The notes beneath the pieces are model-generated. The model was given only the letters and a program-made list of their open reading frames with translations, was not told where the DNA came from and did not search any database. Position numbers and translations under genes: made by a program. Shown here piece after piece: positions 10,683 to 25,600 of a stretch of 44,505 nt of DNA. Source of the DNA: Chiloscyllium plagiosum. Its lineage: Eukaryota. Each line of letters starts with the position of its first letter. The stretch's first letter is position 1. Location of the stretch: the NCBI RefSeq assembly GCF_004010195.1, contig NC_057757.1, forward strand, positions 4,710,428 to 4,754,932, read 5' to 3'.

Positions 10683-13600
10683 GTGAGTATATATTCCAGC
10701 AGAAATCAGCAGTTTGTCGCAATCAATATCATCCGGTGCTTTGTTTGGAGAAATAATTTTGAATTGAAAGATTTGCATGTGTGTCACAATAGTCCTTAGA
10801 TGCAATGAAATTCTAAGGTGAGAGGAGAAAGATTTAAAAGGGACCCGAAGGGCAATTTTTTTCAGAGAGGGTAGTTCCTATGTGGAATGATCTGCCAGAG
10901 GAGGTGATAGAGGTGGGTACAATTCCAACATTTAAAAGACATTTGACAGGTACACGAAGATGGAATGTTTAGAAGGCTATGGATTAAATTCAGGCAAATG
11001 GGACTAGTTTAGTTTGGGAAACTTGCATTGACATGGATGTGCTCAACTGACCTACACGATGAAATATGTTCTCTCATCCACATTAACAAGACCGTTTAGT
11101 ATCTTATACCCTTCAATCAAGTCAACCCTCACTCTTCTATACTCTCAGCCTGTCCTCATAACATGAGAACAGAGAGGCTTAGGGGTGCAATTACATCATT
11201 CCTCGAAAGTGGTGTCACAGGTTGATAGAGTGGTGAAGAAGGTGTTTGGCACATTTGACTTCATCGTTCAGAGCACCAAGAACAGGGGTTGAGATGTCAG
11301 ATTACCACTGCACAAGACATTGGTGAGGTTTTTATTTGGAGCACTGCACATAATTCTGGTCACCCCCTACAGGAAGGGTGTTATCAAACTGGAATGACTG
11401 CAAAAAAGGTTAACAAGGGTGTGACAGAAACTGGAAGTTTTGAGTTATAAGGAGAGGCTGGATAGGCCAGGACTTTTCTCACTAGAGGTTGGAGGCTGAC
11501 GAGTGACCACATCCAGGTTTATAAAATCATGAGGGGCATTTTTAAGGTAAATCGCCAAGGTCTTTTTTGAAGGGTAGGGGAGTTCAAAACTAGAGAGCAC
11601 AGGTTTAATGTGAGAGGTGAAAGATTTAAAAATGCGTGAGGGGCCTAAATGGAACAAGCTTCCAGAGGAAGTGGTAGAGATGAGTACAACTGCTATATTT
11701 AAATGACAATTGGACAGGTACATAGATAAGAAGAATTTAGAGGGATATGGGCCAAACTCAGGCAAATGAGACTAGTTTAGTTTAGGAAACCTGGTCAGCA
11801 TGAATGAGTTGGATGGAACTAATTCATCCCATGTATCAATCGAGTAGATCCCTTCTGAACTGTCTTCAATATATTTACATCCTTCCCTAAATAAGAAGGA
11901 ACAGTGGTCCGAAAGCTAGTGCTTCCAAATAAACCTGTTGGACTATAACCTAGTGTTGTATGATTTTAAACTTTGTCCACCCCAGTCCAACACCAGCACC
12001 TCCACATCATGTAATTTCCTGGTTCATCTTTACTACCTCTCTTAAAAAGTGGAACAACATTAGCTGTTTTTCAGTCCTCTGGCACCTTCTTTGCGGCCAG
12101 AGAGGAATTAAAAAATTTGTGTCAGAACCCCTCCAATATCCTGCCTCACCTTCCACAGCAGTCTGTGAAACAATTCATCCAGGTCAGGATGATTTTAAGG
12201 CCGACAGTGCCTCCAATACATCTCCACATCCTAAGTTAAACTGTGTATGTTCCTCACAGTTCCTTTTTCTGAATTCCATACCTACGTTCTCCTCTTCTAG
12301 AGTGAGGACCAAAGAGAAGTATTCATTCAACCCCCTTCTAATATACAGTGGTTTCACACAGGTTGCCCACTTGGTCCCTAATGGGTCCTACTCTTTCCTT
12401 GGTTAACTTCTTTCCTTTAATGTATTTATAAAACATTTTCTTTTCTCCCTAATCCCGTTAGTAAGTCTTTTATCATGCCCCCTTCTTGCTCTTCTAATTG
12501 CTTTCTTAAATTCCCTCCTGCACTTCCTGCATTCCTCTAGGGCCACAGCTGAATTGTTCCCTTTGGACTTGCTACGAGCCCTACTTTTCTTTGTCCAGTC
12601 CTGAATTGTCCTAGAACTTACTGCTCATGCATTTCCCTTTAAAGGACCTGTATACACCCCACCTCCTTTTTGAATGCCTCCTCTCCTCCCACCATAGCTC
12701 CACTGTAGACTTACCTGCAAGGAGCTGTTCCCAGTCTTCTGTGGTCAGATCCTGCTTTAATTCAATGAAACCTGCCCTCCCCCAATCTAAAGGCATCTTT
12801 TGCAGACCCCCATCTTTTCAGAACAAATTTGAACCTTGCCATGTTGTGGTCGCTATCACTTAAATGTTCTCCTGCTGCCACACCAAACATTTTTCTGGCT
12901 TCTTTCCCCAGAACCAGATCCAGCACTGCGCTGTCCCTTGTTGGGCCTTCTATGTGTTGATGCAAAAAACTCTCTGGATACATTTCAAGAAATATGCCCC
13001 CTCTAAACCCTCTACATTATGACAATCCCAATTTATGTTGGGGAAAGTTGAAATCCCCTTGTATAATTACCTGGTTATTACTCTTAACTAAAGAATCCCC
13101 TATCACAATTGCCCTTCCTTTCTCCTTCCTCCCACCCTGTGCAGTCAAGCCGTTTGTGCTCCCAGAAGCTTGGCTCTGACTGCATTACTCCGAGTTACCA
13201 GCGCCCTCATCAGCTTCCAAAATGGAATAGTGGTTAGTGTGTGGGACCCCAGGAGACTCCTGCACTACCTACCTGTTCTTTCCGGACTGTCTGCATGAAA
13301 GAGGTAAATATCTTTCCAGCACTCCTTGTGAGTGAAGAGAAACAGACAGCTGGTCCCAGCATCCCAATTTCTTCCGTATAATCAGAACCAACCTCACGAC
13401 GGAATACCAACCCGACAATCAGAATCCAATTTGTGACTGGAGCTTCTTGACATGCTGTTCGCTTCCTCACCCTCACTTTCCAGGTGGATCACTATGAAAT
13501 TGCAAGTGACTGGGACCTTGGGAGCATTAATTTTGTGGAGCTGCAAGTAACTCCATTCTACTTCCAAGATTACTGGTTCTGCTGCTGTGTGACGGTGGAG

Positions 13601-16600
13601 ACCCCCGAGGGAAACACCTTCCATTTCCCCTGCTACAAGTGGCTGGCCAACTGTACCATAAGCCTCCGGGAAGGAACAGGTAAGTCGGAAAATCCAGGGA
13701 TTGTTGAGGAGAAGCAAAGCATGGAAGTAACATGCATCCTCATAGAGCCCTTCCCAAAACAATTTACACACAGCATGTTCCTCAGGGAGAGAATGACCAG
13801 ACAATCATTCTTTTGTTGATTCTGGTGGAATAATAGATATTGACAGGATGCCAAAGAGAACTCCCCTGCTCTTCATAGATGTAGCACCATGGGACCTATC
13901 ACACCCATGTGACATAACTTTGGTTTAAAGCCTTATCAGAAGGGCAACACCTTTGAAGGCAAATCTTCCATTCCAGGCATGTTACAGGACATTTTCTCTA
14001 CACCACCTAAAGTAAGCTCCTGGGCCTGAAATTTATTCCAAAGGTGTGCAACTTTATTTGTCACATTTCTCTACAAGTGCAGCTCCCCTGAGTAGTGGCA
14101 CCGATTTGCCAACACATTCAATTGGTATAATTCCATTGTTTGACTGCCTCACGAAATTGGAGTTTGTATGTAACCCATTCCAAACCCATGATTAGATTCG
14201 GTTTGCCACTCTACATTCCCATTGCCGGGGAGGTGGTGCTGTAATGGTCATGTCACTGGCCTAGTAATTCAGAACCTCCACTACCGAAAGGGTCAAATCC
14301 CTCAAAGGTGGACGAGGAAATTTAAATTCAATCAAAATCTTAAGCACAAAGCTAGCGTTATGGGGACCACTGTTGTTCCTTAAAAAAAGCATCTGATTCA
14401 CCAATGCCTTTTAAGGAAGGAAATCTGCTGTCCTTACTTGGTCTGGGCTACATGTGACTCCAGACCCAATGTGCTTAACTCCTAACCGCCCTCTGGGCAT
14501 TTAGGGATGGTTAATAAATGCTGGCCTATCTGACAATACCCATGAATTTTTAAATAAAGTTTCTGAAATGAACCATTCAGTTGGCTTTAGTCTGTAACTC
14601 ATTCCCGAGTGTCCATTATTCTGTGTATAAACAGTCTAAACATCTGAATTAGATTTAAAGTCATAACACCTTCCTAAAATCCATGATTCTCTTTGTATAG
14701 TAGTTAAACTTCCCAAGTTCTCAGTCTTCCTTGGTTATTGCCTTTTGTAATTAACATATGCATGTTCTGTTTCAGCTAAAAGAATCTATGATGATGGACC
14801 CGTGTTCCAGTGTCATCGTAAGAATGAACTACGGGAGAAACAACAGCTCTATCGGTAATAGAACATAGAACATAGAAAAGTACAGCACAGAACAGGCCCT
14901 TTGGCCCACGAAGTTGTGCCGAGGGTTAATCCTAATGTAAAATAAAATAACTTAACCGAAGCACCCCTCAACTCACTGCTATCCATGTGCATGTCCAGCA
15001 GTCACTTAAATGTCCTTAATGACTCTGCTTCCACCACCACTGGCAACGCATTCCATGCATTCACAACTCTGCATAAAGAACCTTCCTCTGACGTCTCCTC
15101 TATACCTTTCTCCTAATATCTTAAAACTATGACCCCTCGTACCAGTCAATCCTGCACTGGGGAAAAGTCTCTGCTATTGACTTTATCCGTTCCTCTCATT
15201 ATCTTGTATGCCTCGATCAGGTCACCTCTCTTCCTCCTCCTCTCCAGAGAGAAAAGTCTGAGCTTATTCAACCTCTCTTTATAAGGCAAGCCCTCCAGTC
15301 CAGGCAGCATCCTGGTAAACCTTCTTTGTACGCTCGCCAAAGCCTCTGTATCTTTCCTATAGTAGGGCTACCAGAACTGGACACAATATTCCAAGTATGG
15401 TCTCGCCAAGGACTTGTAGAGCTGTAGCAAAACCTTGCAGCTCTTAAACTTGATCCCCCTGTTAATGAAAGCCAAAACACCATATGCTTTCTTAACAACC
15501 CTATCCACTTGGGTGGCAACTTTGAGGGATCTATGTACTTGCACACCAAGATTCCTCTGTGCCTCCACACTGCCAAGAATCCTGCCTTCAATCCTATATT
15601 CAGCATTTGAGTTCGACCTTCAAAAATGCATCACTTCGCATTTATCCAGGTTGAATTCCAGCTGCCATTTCTCAGTCCAGCTCTGCAACCTGTCTGTGTC
15701 GCGCTTTAGCCTACAGTAGCCCTCGATACTATCCCGGCACCTCCAACCTTTGCGTCATCTAACTCACCCTTTGACCTCATCAGCCAAGTCATTATAAAAA
15801 CTACAAAGAGCAGAGGCCCAAGAACAGAGCCCTGCAGGACCCCACTCAACACTGACCTCCAGGCAGAATACTTTCCATTTACAACCATTCTCTGCCTTCT
15901 GTCAGCCAACTAATTCTGAATCCAGACAGCCAAATCTCTCTGTATATCATACTTCCTGACTTTATGAATAAGCCTACCATAGGGAACCTTATCAAGTGCC
16001 TTGCTGAAATCCATATACACCTCATCCACTGCTCGACCTTCGTCGACCTGTCTTGTCACCTCCTCAAAGAACGAGCCAAATAAAAGCACAACACTGTGAA
16101 TGCTGAAGATCTGAAATTAAAAGAATTGCAGAAGTGCTAAGGAAACTCAGCAGCCACCAGTGGCTATTCATTCTCCTAGAATTCATCCTTCTGGAACATT
16201 GGAGGCGGTGGGGTGACCTTATGGAAGTTTATAAAATCATGAGGGGCACGGATAGGATGAATACTCTAGGTTTTTTTCCCCAGGGTAGGGGAATCCAAAA
16301 CTGGAGGGCATAGGTTTAAGATGAGAGGGGAAAGAATTAAAAGGGATCAAAGAGGCAATCTTATCGTGCAGAGGGTGGTGTGTGTATGGAATGAGCTAGA
16401 ATTAGAATTCCTACAGTGTGGAAACAGGTCCTTCGGCCCAACAGGTCCACGCCGACCCTCCGAAGAGTAACCCTCCCAGACCTATTCCCCTATTTGCCCC
16501 TGACTAATGCACCTAACCTACACATCCCTAAGAGTAACTTAGCATGGCCAATTGACCTAACCTGCATATCTTTGGACTGTGGGAAGAAACCAGAGCACCC

Positions 16601-19600
16601 GGAGAAAAGCCACGCAGACATGGGGAGAATGTGCAAACACCACATAGACAGTCACCCGAGATTGGAATCGAAAGTGGGTCCCTGGCACTGTGAGGCAGCA
16701 GTGCTAACCGCTGAGCCACCATGCCACCCCAGAGGGTGGAGGCTGGTACAATTACAACATCTAAAAGGCGTCTAGAATAGTATATGAATGTGAAGAATTT
16801 AGAGGGATAGGGGCTAAATGCTGGGTTTTGGGACTAGTTTAATATATCTGGTCAGCATGGACAAGTTGGACCTAAGCGTCCATTTCCGTGCTGCACATCT
16901 CTATGACTCTGTTTTTCTGTCTCATTATGCTCTATCTCCCCCTATAATATACTCTTCCCCCTTCCCAACATCTATCTTCTTCAGAAAAAGCATGCTTTTC
17001 TTCGCTACCATCAGCTCTGAAGAAGGGTCACTGGAAGTGAAAAGTTAACTCTGATTTCTCTCCACAAATGCTGCCAGTCCTGCTGCAACTTTCCAGCAAC
17101 CTCTATTTTTGTTAAAGGACATTGGAACTGTTTGGTCATTTAATAGAATATGGATGATGGATACAACTGAGTTAACATTGTGCATATTGAAGCAATATTC
17201 TCATTCTATGATTCAGTTCTATTCAAGTTATCATCAAGGATAAGCACCGATATAAATGAATCTCAATGCAATTAAGAATTCATTAGAAAGCGGTTAAAAC
17301 AATAAATCTCACAGGAAAGCAATGTAATCAGAGTATAACCAATAATCCTGAGAAACAATTTGAATTTCCGAGCAATGGAGTGGGAACATTGGTTCCTGGT
17401 GTTTTTCCTCTACCATTATACACCAATTATACCTAGTCAAAGAAAGAGGAATGGGGGGAGCAAACTGCCCTAACCACAAGGTAGCAGCATTGGCTTTGCA
17501 ACACATGCAACAGTCTCTAGACAGAATCTTGGAATTATTATACAGTGCAGAAGGAGGCCATTTGGCCCCTCCTACCTGTACTGGCTCTATTATCTAGTCT
17601 GGCTTGATTACCTTGTGCCAATCCCTTTATTCCTTTTCCCTTTATTCCTGAACATTATTACTATCCAAATAACCATCCAATGCCCCTCATGAATGCCTCA
17701 ATTGAACTTTCCTCCACCACATTTCCAGGGAGTGCATTCCAGATCCTTACTACTTGTAATGTTACCAAGTCTTTTCTCACATTCCTCTTGCTTTGTTTGC
17801 CCATCACTTTAAATCCATGCCCTCTCACTCTTACAAGAGGGAACATTTACTCAGTCTAGCCTGCTCTTGCTTTTGGAGACCTTAATCAGATCTCTTCTCA
17901 GCCTTCTACTACTCAGGGAGAAATGTCTGTCTTCTTCAAAACTCCCAACTTCTTCAATCTATCCTCATATCTGAAGTTTCTGTTTCCCGGAGCTCTCTGC
18001 ACTCTGCACTCTTTCTCCATTGCATTCGCTTCTTTCATATGCCGTAGTACTCACAGCTATACACAATACTCCGACTGAGTTAACTGAATTAGACTTAATC
18101 AAGCCAAGTGATTGAACCAAATAATTGGGCTCAGAGTGTTGTAGTCTCATTGTAAGAAAAGTTTAAGAAAGAATGTGAAAGTGAATGGACAGGTGAACTT
18201 TTTAATAGATAACAATGATTAAATAGGATGACAAACTTAACTTTATATAGAAGTAATAATGTCTGTTATAATTTAAAATGTGTTCATTGGCTTCAGTTCC
18301 CTGGGACTTGCTATTGCCAGAAAGTGTTTTCCATTTAATTTTAAACCTTTATTAACGCTACCGAATCCTGGTCTAAATTCGATAATTTGATATTTATACA
18401 AACATGTCTCCGCCTCATGATTGAATGGTTCCTCCCTTTGTGTTCTAGGTGGAGGGAATTACCCTCGATATTGCCAAAGTGTATTGATGCTCGATCAGTG
18501 GATGATCTCCATATGGATTTGAGGTTCAGTTGTGTGAAAGAACTCGGTTTTGAATTCTCCGTGATAGAGAGGTAAGTATCACAGTCTGGATGAAAGGCAG
18601 CATAGAATCCTTACAGTTTGAAAGCAGTCATTCAGCCCATTGAGTCCACACTGACCCTCCAAAGAGGATCCCACCGACCTACACTATCATCGTAAACCTG
18701 CATTTCCCATGGCTAATCCACCTAGCCTGCACATCCCTGGACACTGCGGGGCAATTATAGCAAGACCAATCCACTTAACCTGCACATTTTTGGACTGCAG
18801 GAGGAAACTGGAGCACCCGGAGGAAACACAAACACAGGTAGGATGTGGCTCGAATCAAGCCCTGGCGCTGTGAGGCAGCACTGCTAGCCACTGAGCCACC
18901 GTGCCAAGCCACCATGGAAAGCACTTTATGTTAGGGGGGTGGAGAACAAGATCAAAGAGATTACATTGAGCTTGTTTAAGACACTAATTCAGCCTCAACT
19001 GAAATATTATGTCCAGTATTGGCCACTGGAGAAGGTCCAGTAAGATTCGCAAGAATGATTCCAGGGACAATTAACTTCAATGATGTGGATAGATTAGATT
19101 ACTTACAGTGTGGAAACAGGCCCTTCAGCCCAACAAGTCCACACCAACCCTCCTTTCCCCTAAATTTACCCCTTCACCTAACACTACGGGCAATTTAGCA
19201 TGGCCAATTCACCTAACCTGAACATTTTTGGACTGTTGGAGGAAATCCACACAGACAGGGAGAGAATGTGCAAACTCCACACAGACAGTTTCCCGAGGTG
19301 GGAATTGAACCCAGGTCTCTGGCGCTGTAAGGCAGCAATGCTAACCATTGTGCCACCATGCCACCCCTAGTTTGGAGAAGTTGGGACTGTTTTCCTTAGA
19401 GAAGGTTGAGAAGAGATTTGATAGAGACGTTCAACATCAGGAGAGGTATTGAATAGGGTGGATAAGGAAACACTCCATGAAAGGAGCAGGAATCAGAGGG
19501 CATGGAATTAATGTATTGGCAAAATAAGCAAAACACACAGCGAGTGGTTAGGATCTGGAATGTGCTGCCTGAGAGTGTGGTGCAAGCAGTTTCAACTGGA

Positions 19601-22600
19601 GATTTCAAAAAGGAGTTAGACAGTTAACATGAGAAAGAGGAATGTGCAGGATTACAGGGAGAAGGCAGGGGAATGTCACCTCCTTCTGCGCTGTAACGAT
19701 TCTGCGATTCTGTGATGACAGGTTTACTGCTGCAAATTTAGCACCGAAACCAATGGTCAGTAAAATGTGACCTGGTACTGACTGATGTGCCCTATAATCG
19801 CTGGAAATGGACTTGGTACTGGGCCCAGTATTCAATAGACAATAGACAATAGACAATAGACAATAGGTGCAGGAGGAGGCAATTCTGCCCTTCGAGTCTG
19901 CACCACCATTCAATATGATCATGGTTGATCATTCTTAATCAGTATCCTGTTCCTGCCTTATCTCCATAACCCTTGATTCCACTATCCTTGAGAGCTCTAG
20001 CCAACTCTTTCTTAAATGAATCCAGACACTGGGCCTCCACTGCCCTCTGGGGCAGAGCATTCCACACAGCCACCACTCTCTGGGTGAAGAAGTTTCTCCT
20101 CATCTCTGTCCTAAATGGTCCACCCCGTATTTTTAAGCTGTGTCCTCTGGTTCGGCACTCACCCATCAGCGGAAACATGATTGCTGCCTCCAGAGTGTCC
20201 AATCCTTTAATAATCTTCTATATCTCAATCAGATCCCCTCTCAGTCTTCTAAACTCAAGGGTACACAAGCCCAGTCGATCCAGTCTTCCAGCGTAAGGTA
20301 ATCCCGCCATTCCAGGAATTGACCTCGTGAACCTACGCGTACTCCCTCAATAGCCAGAATGTCTTTCCTCAAATTTGGAGACCAGAACTGCACACAGTAC
20401 TCCAGGTGTGGTCTCACCAGGGCCCTGTACAGCTGCAGAAGAACCTCTTTGCTTCTATACTCAATNNNNNNNNNNNNNNNNNNNNNNNNNNNNNNNNNNN
20501 NNNNNNNNNNNNNNNNNNNNNNNNNNNNNNNNNNNNNNNNNNNNNNNNNNNNNNNNNNNNNNNNNNNNNNNNNNNNNNNNNNNNNNNNNNNNNNNNNNNN
20601 NNNNNNNNNNNNNNNNNNNNNNNNNNNNNNNNNTTTCTCAAATTTGGAGACCAGAACGGTACACAATACTCCAGGTGTGGTCTCACCAGGGCCCTGTACA
20701 GCTGCAGAAGAACCTCTTTGCTTCTATACTCAATCCCTCTTGTTATGAAGGCCAGCATGCTATTAGCCTTCTTCACGACCTGCTGTACCTGCATGCTTAC
20801 ATTCATTGACTGGTATACAAGAACACCTAGGTCTCTTTGTACTGCCCCTTTACCTAAATTGATTCCATTTAGATAGTAATCTGCCTTCCTGTTCTTGCCA
20901 CCAAAGTGGATAACCATACATTTATCCATATTAAACTGCATCTGCCATGCATCTGATCGCTCACCTAACCTGTCTAGGTCACCCTGTAATCTCCTAACAT
21001 TCTCCTCACATTTCACCCTGCCACCCAGCTTAGTATCATCAGCAAATTTATGTTACTACTGTTACTACTGCCACCAAATCCTGTTACTACTATTCCTGAG
21101 TTCTCAGTCAGTCAGGGTCTGATACTGGATACCTTTGTAAACCCGCATTCACTTTATACAGCATTCCCAGATCAAATCCCAAGGAAGATACCCAATAAAG
21201 ATAGATCAATAATCAGAGTAATATCGAAACTGAAGTAGTTATTCAGCCTGTTGTGTCTGTGCTAGCCCTTTGAAGGAACAGTCATTCTCAGTCTCACACA
21301 CTCGGATTGTGTCCAAATCAGTTTTAAAACCATTTATGAAATCTGCTTTTGCTACATTTGTACATTCTAGAATGCAACAACTCCCTGAGTGAAATCAATT
21401 TTCCTCATCCCCTTTGCAAATCAATTTAAATCTGTTAAATGCCCCGGTTCTTAGCTCAGTCACCAATGAATCATTTTCCTGTCCACAAAACCTCCCACCA
21501 TCTTGAAATCCTCTATTTTGTCAATGTTTAAACTTTGTCTGTGGTGTTTGTTTTAATATAATCCCAGCGGCTGGTAACAATACACAAGTCAGATTTGTTT
21601 TGCAATTTGTTTACAGTGTTGGTCAGTCATTGAGAATATTCGCATGAGGCTGCCAGTGTACTTTTAACAAAAGCACATCAAAGTTTATTACACAAAAATA
21701 AATGCTCGTGAATTACCAAAGGTAGGCATTTTTAGACTGACATGAGAAGAAAGTTGGCGGCACAGTGGCTAGAGCTGCTGCCTTACAGCACCAGGGACCC
21801 GGGTTCAATTCTCAACCTTGGGCGACTGTGTTTGTGCAATCTCCCTGTGTGTGTGTGGGTTTCCTCTGGGTGCTCTGGTTTCCACCCACAATCCAAAGAT
21901 GTGCAGTTTATGTTGGATTGGCCATGCTAAATTGCCCATAATGTTCAGAGATGTATCGGTTAGACGCATTAGTCAGGGGTAAATGTAGAGTAATAGGGGA
22001 ATTGTTCTGGGTAGGATATTCTTTGGAGGAGTGGTGTGGATTTGTTGGGCTGAAAGGCCTGTTTCCACACTGTAGGGATTTTGAAAAAAAAAGGTTTTTA
22101 CTCAGAGAGTGGTGAGCCTATGGAATTCTCTGCCACAGAATGTGGTTGAAACCAAAACATTGCATATTTTCAAGGAGTTAGACATAACTGTTAGGGATAA
22201 CGGGATCAAAGGGATGGGGGAGAAAGCATGAACAGGATACTGAGTTAGATGACCACTATGATCATATTGAGTAGTGAAATAGGCTAGAAGGGCCAATATG
22301 GCCTCCTTCTCCTCCTATGTTCTAATTTTCCATGTTTCTTTAAGAAAAAAAAAACAGTTATATATCTATAAGACTCTTTGGAAAGATCTTTTCATGAACA
22401 GCAACAATAAAGGTTTAACTCTTTTCCCGGAAATGTTCATAATAGATACTCAACCCCCATAAATTATTACTCTTATGTTAACTCTTCAAACTTACTTCCT
22501 CACATATTACTGAAAGAAAAACACATCTTGTCAAAGCTTTTTGTCTTGCATTCATTATGTCAATGATCAAGGAGCCAATTTATGTGGAAAATTAATACTA

Positions 22601-25600
22601 ATACCGATACTGAATGAGAAGAGAGTTCTGATTGGTTGGCAAGTGCATTTTGATGCCATGGACAATAGACCTTTTTATTCCTACTTAACCTACTTCCTGC
22701 ACATTCACCAAATGTGATTTTTTTCTTTCTCTCCCAGAGATACATAAATATAGATGAACTCACAACTCTTTCAAGCTGCCCTGATTGGACTACTGAAACA
22801 GCTTAAGATTTATTTCCAGCACTGATAGACTGGAGATTTCTATCCAATTCCGACAACTTGGAGATTCTTAGAGCCTGGAGACATCTAGAAATTAAAACCG
22901 ACATTCTGATTGTATGACATCTGAATTCAACTTACTGGTAGCACTGACTGTTCATTTCGCTAGATGATAAAACTCAACAAATGATCTGCAATTAACTCCC
23001 CAATATAGCAGATTGAGTCATTTAGCTTAAGTCTCTTTCTTGGAAAGATTGCCTTTATTTCACAGTTTAAGGCGACTTTCTGACCCTTTCTTGAAAGTTA
23101 CAAGTCACCTTCACGGAGCGGAAAACTCAGATTCATTTTTCTCCACTTTTGAATTCAAATTGCAAAGTAATGATAATAATATACTACAAATAGCTCTTAT
23201 CACAATTTCTTTAGCCTTTCAGAACTCACGCTGAAGGAGAAAGTGAACAAGTTGGAATGCTCTTGGACCACCGTTGAGGACTTTAATCACATTTTTTGTG
23301 TCAACCATTCTAATGCAGGTAATGGAAATTTGGCAATATTTAGGAGAGGGGAGGTTGAGCTTGTCATTGCAGGTAGTACCACTAAAGTATCAACAGTACA
23401 CTTATGATGAGCAAGTGACCAAATAGAAAGAAAGAACCTACGTTGCTGTGGAACCTTTAATTACCTCCTGATTTTATTGCCAATTAAATATTCTTTAGAG
23501 TAGCCATTGTTGGAAAAGAGGTACTGGGCAGGTTTACACGCACTGATGACCATATCTTTCTGGCTTTGTACCGTGTATTGTTTCCCCTCCAAAACATACC
23601 TCATTCATAAAATTCATAAAAATACATTATAAAACATTTTGAATAGAAAATTATGGAATGCAGTCAAATTCAACTTGTCTCCATTCAGCTTTGCCAGTCT
23701 CAGGTGCCTCCATACAATTGAAATACTCTTGACATTTACATTGTACACTTACTGTACTGTAGCTTCGTAGTTGGCACTGCTGCCTCACAGCACCATGGAT
23801 CCAGCTTTGATTCTACCCTCAGACTACTGCCTGGGTGGAGTTTGCATGTTCTGCCCATGCCTGTGTGGGTACTCTGGTTTCCTCCTACAGTCAAAAAGAT
23901 GTGTGGGCTAGGTGGGTTAACGATAGGAAATGTAGGGTTACAGGGAAGGGGGTAGACTGGGTAGGATGTTCTCCAGAGGTTAGTGTGGACTCGGTGGGCC
24001 AAATGGCCTGCTTCCACGCTGTGGAATTCAATGATTCTATGTCAAAAATACAGACAGACTAAGGGCAAAACATTTCAAACACAAAACTAAGACCCCATTT
24101 GCCCTCTCAGATGGATGCATAAGATCCCATTGAACTGATTCAAAGGATATTTAAAAGTCATTTGGGTAAGTTCATGCATAGGAAATGTTCGGAGGGATAT
24201 GAAGCAGAAGCAGACAGTTTGGGATTATGTTTGGAATGGACTTGTTAGACCGAAGGGTCTATTTCCATGCTGTATGATTCTGCGATGTTGAAGGTGACGA
24301 CGAGAGCAAGGGAGTTGTTCAGAAGGTCACAAGATCATAAGAAATAGGAGCAGGGAAAGTCCATTTAGCCTATCAAGCATACTGCATAAGATCATCGCTG
24401 ATCTTTGGTCTCAACCCCAGATTCCTGCATGCCTAACTCCTCCAGAACTGTAGACTCCCTTGTTGACTCTATAATTCAGCCTTGAATATGCTGAACTATT
24501 TATCTTCCACTGCTCACGAGGTAGGGAGTGTGGGGTAGGGGGGGTGGGCGTCAGCTTCAAAAGGCTCAATAGCCTTCTCCTGTCCCAACTTTCTCTGCTT
24601 TTATGAGTGCAAGACCAAACAGTTTGACACGTTGTGTCTTTTTTTACGGATACTCAAGTTCTGTATTACGAAACAACTAGATTAAAAACAGTTGAGTTCC
24701 CAATACTGATTCCCATGGGATTCCACTCGTTGACCTAGATTCTAGCATTTCCCAATGGCGAATGTCTGTGTGGAGTTTGCACATTCTCCCTGTCTCAGTG
24801 TAGGTTTCCTCTGGGTCCTCCAGTTTCCTTCCACAGTCTAAAGATGTGCAGATGAAGTGGATTAGCCATGGGAAATGTAGGCTTCCAGGGATAGGGTAAG
24901 GGTTGGGTTGGGATGCTCTTCAGGGGGTTGGTAAGGACTTGTTGGGCTGAATACATTGTAGGGATTCTATGATTAATATTGACTTGTAGGGCTGGTTGTT
25001 GAGGAGAGAATGACTACGTTCACTTGGACTTCTACAGGGTTGGCTTTAAGTTGTTGTTAACGGCATCTTGCTATTTCTGCACTACCAGCTCTTTATGTTC
25101 TACCCCCACCCCCTGTTCCGTCATTTGCAGTGTTTGCCAAGCATCATTGGAAGGAGGATTGGTTCTTCGGTAACCAGTTTTTGAATGGCTTCAACCCAGT
25201 CCTGATAGAGAAATGCGACAAAATCCCACCAAACTTCCCTGTGACAGATGACATGGTCAGGACATCTCTCAGGAACTCCACACTGAAGCAAGAGATAGAG
25301 GTACATTGGTGTTTTACTCCTTCACATTGAGTACTAGAGATTGAACCAGGAAATGTAAAATTCTTGCTGAGCACAGCGTAGAAATTTGACTCTTTCCCTA
25401 CAGCTTCTGAGAAATTTGATATCCAAAGAGGAACGTAAATTTCGGAATACCTTATTTGAGTGCCATGTTAGCTCATGACAAATTGGAAGGAGGTAGTATT
25501 ATGCTGATGTCACTCAGCTAGCAATCCAGAATCTCAGGCTAATGTACTGGGGGCAGGGGTTTGAATCTCACCAGGACACAGGGTGAAATTTGAATCCAAT

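Noticed and set aside
20365..20734. About 100-bp direct repeat on either side of the N gap
   Set aside because: This is typical of unmerged contig overlap, so probably an assembly artefact.
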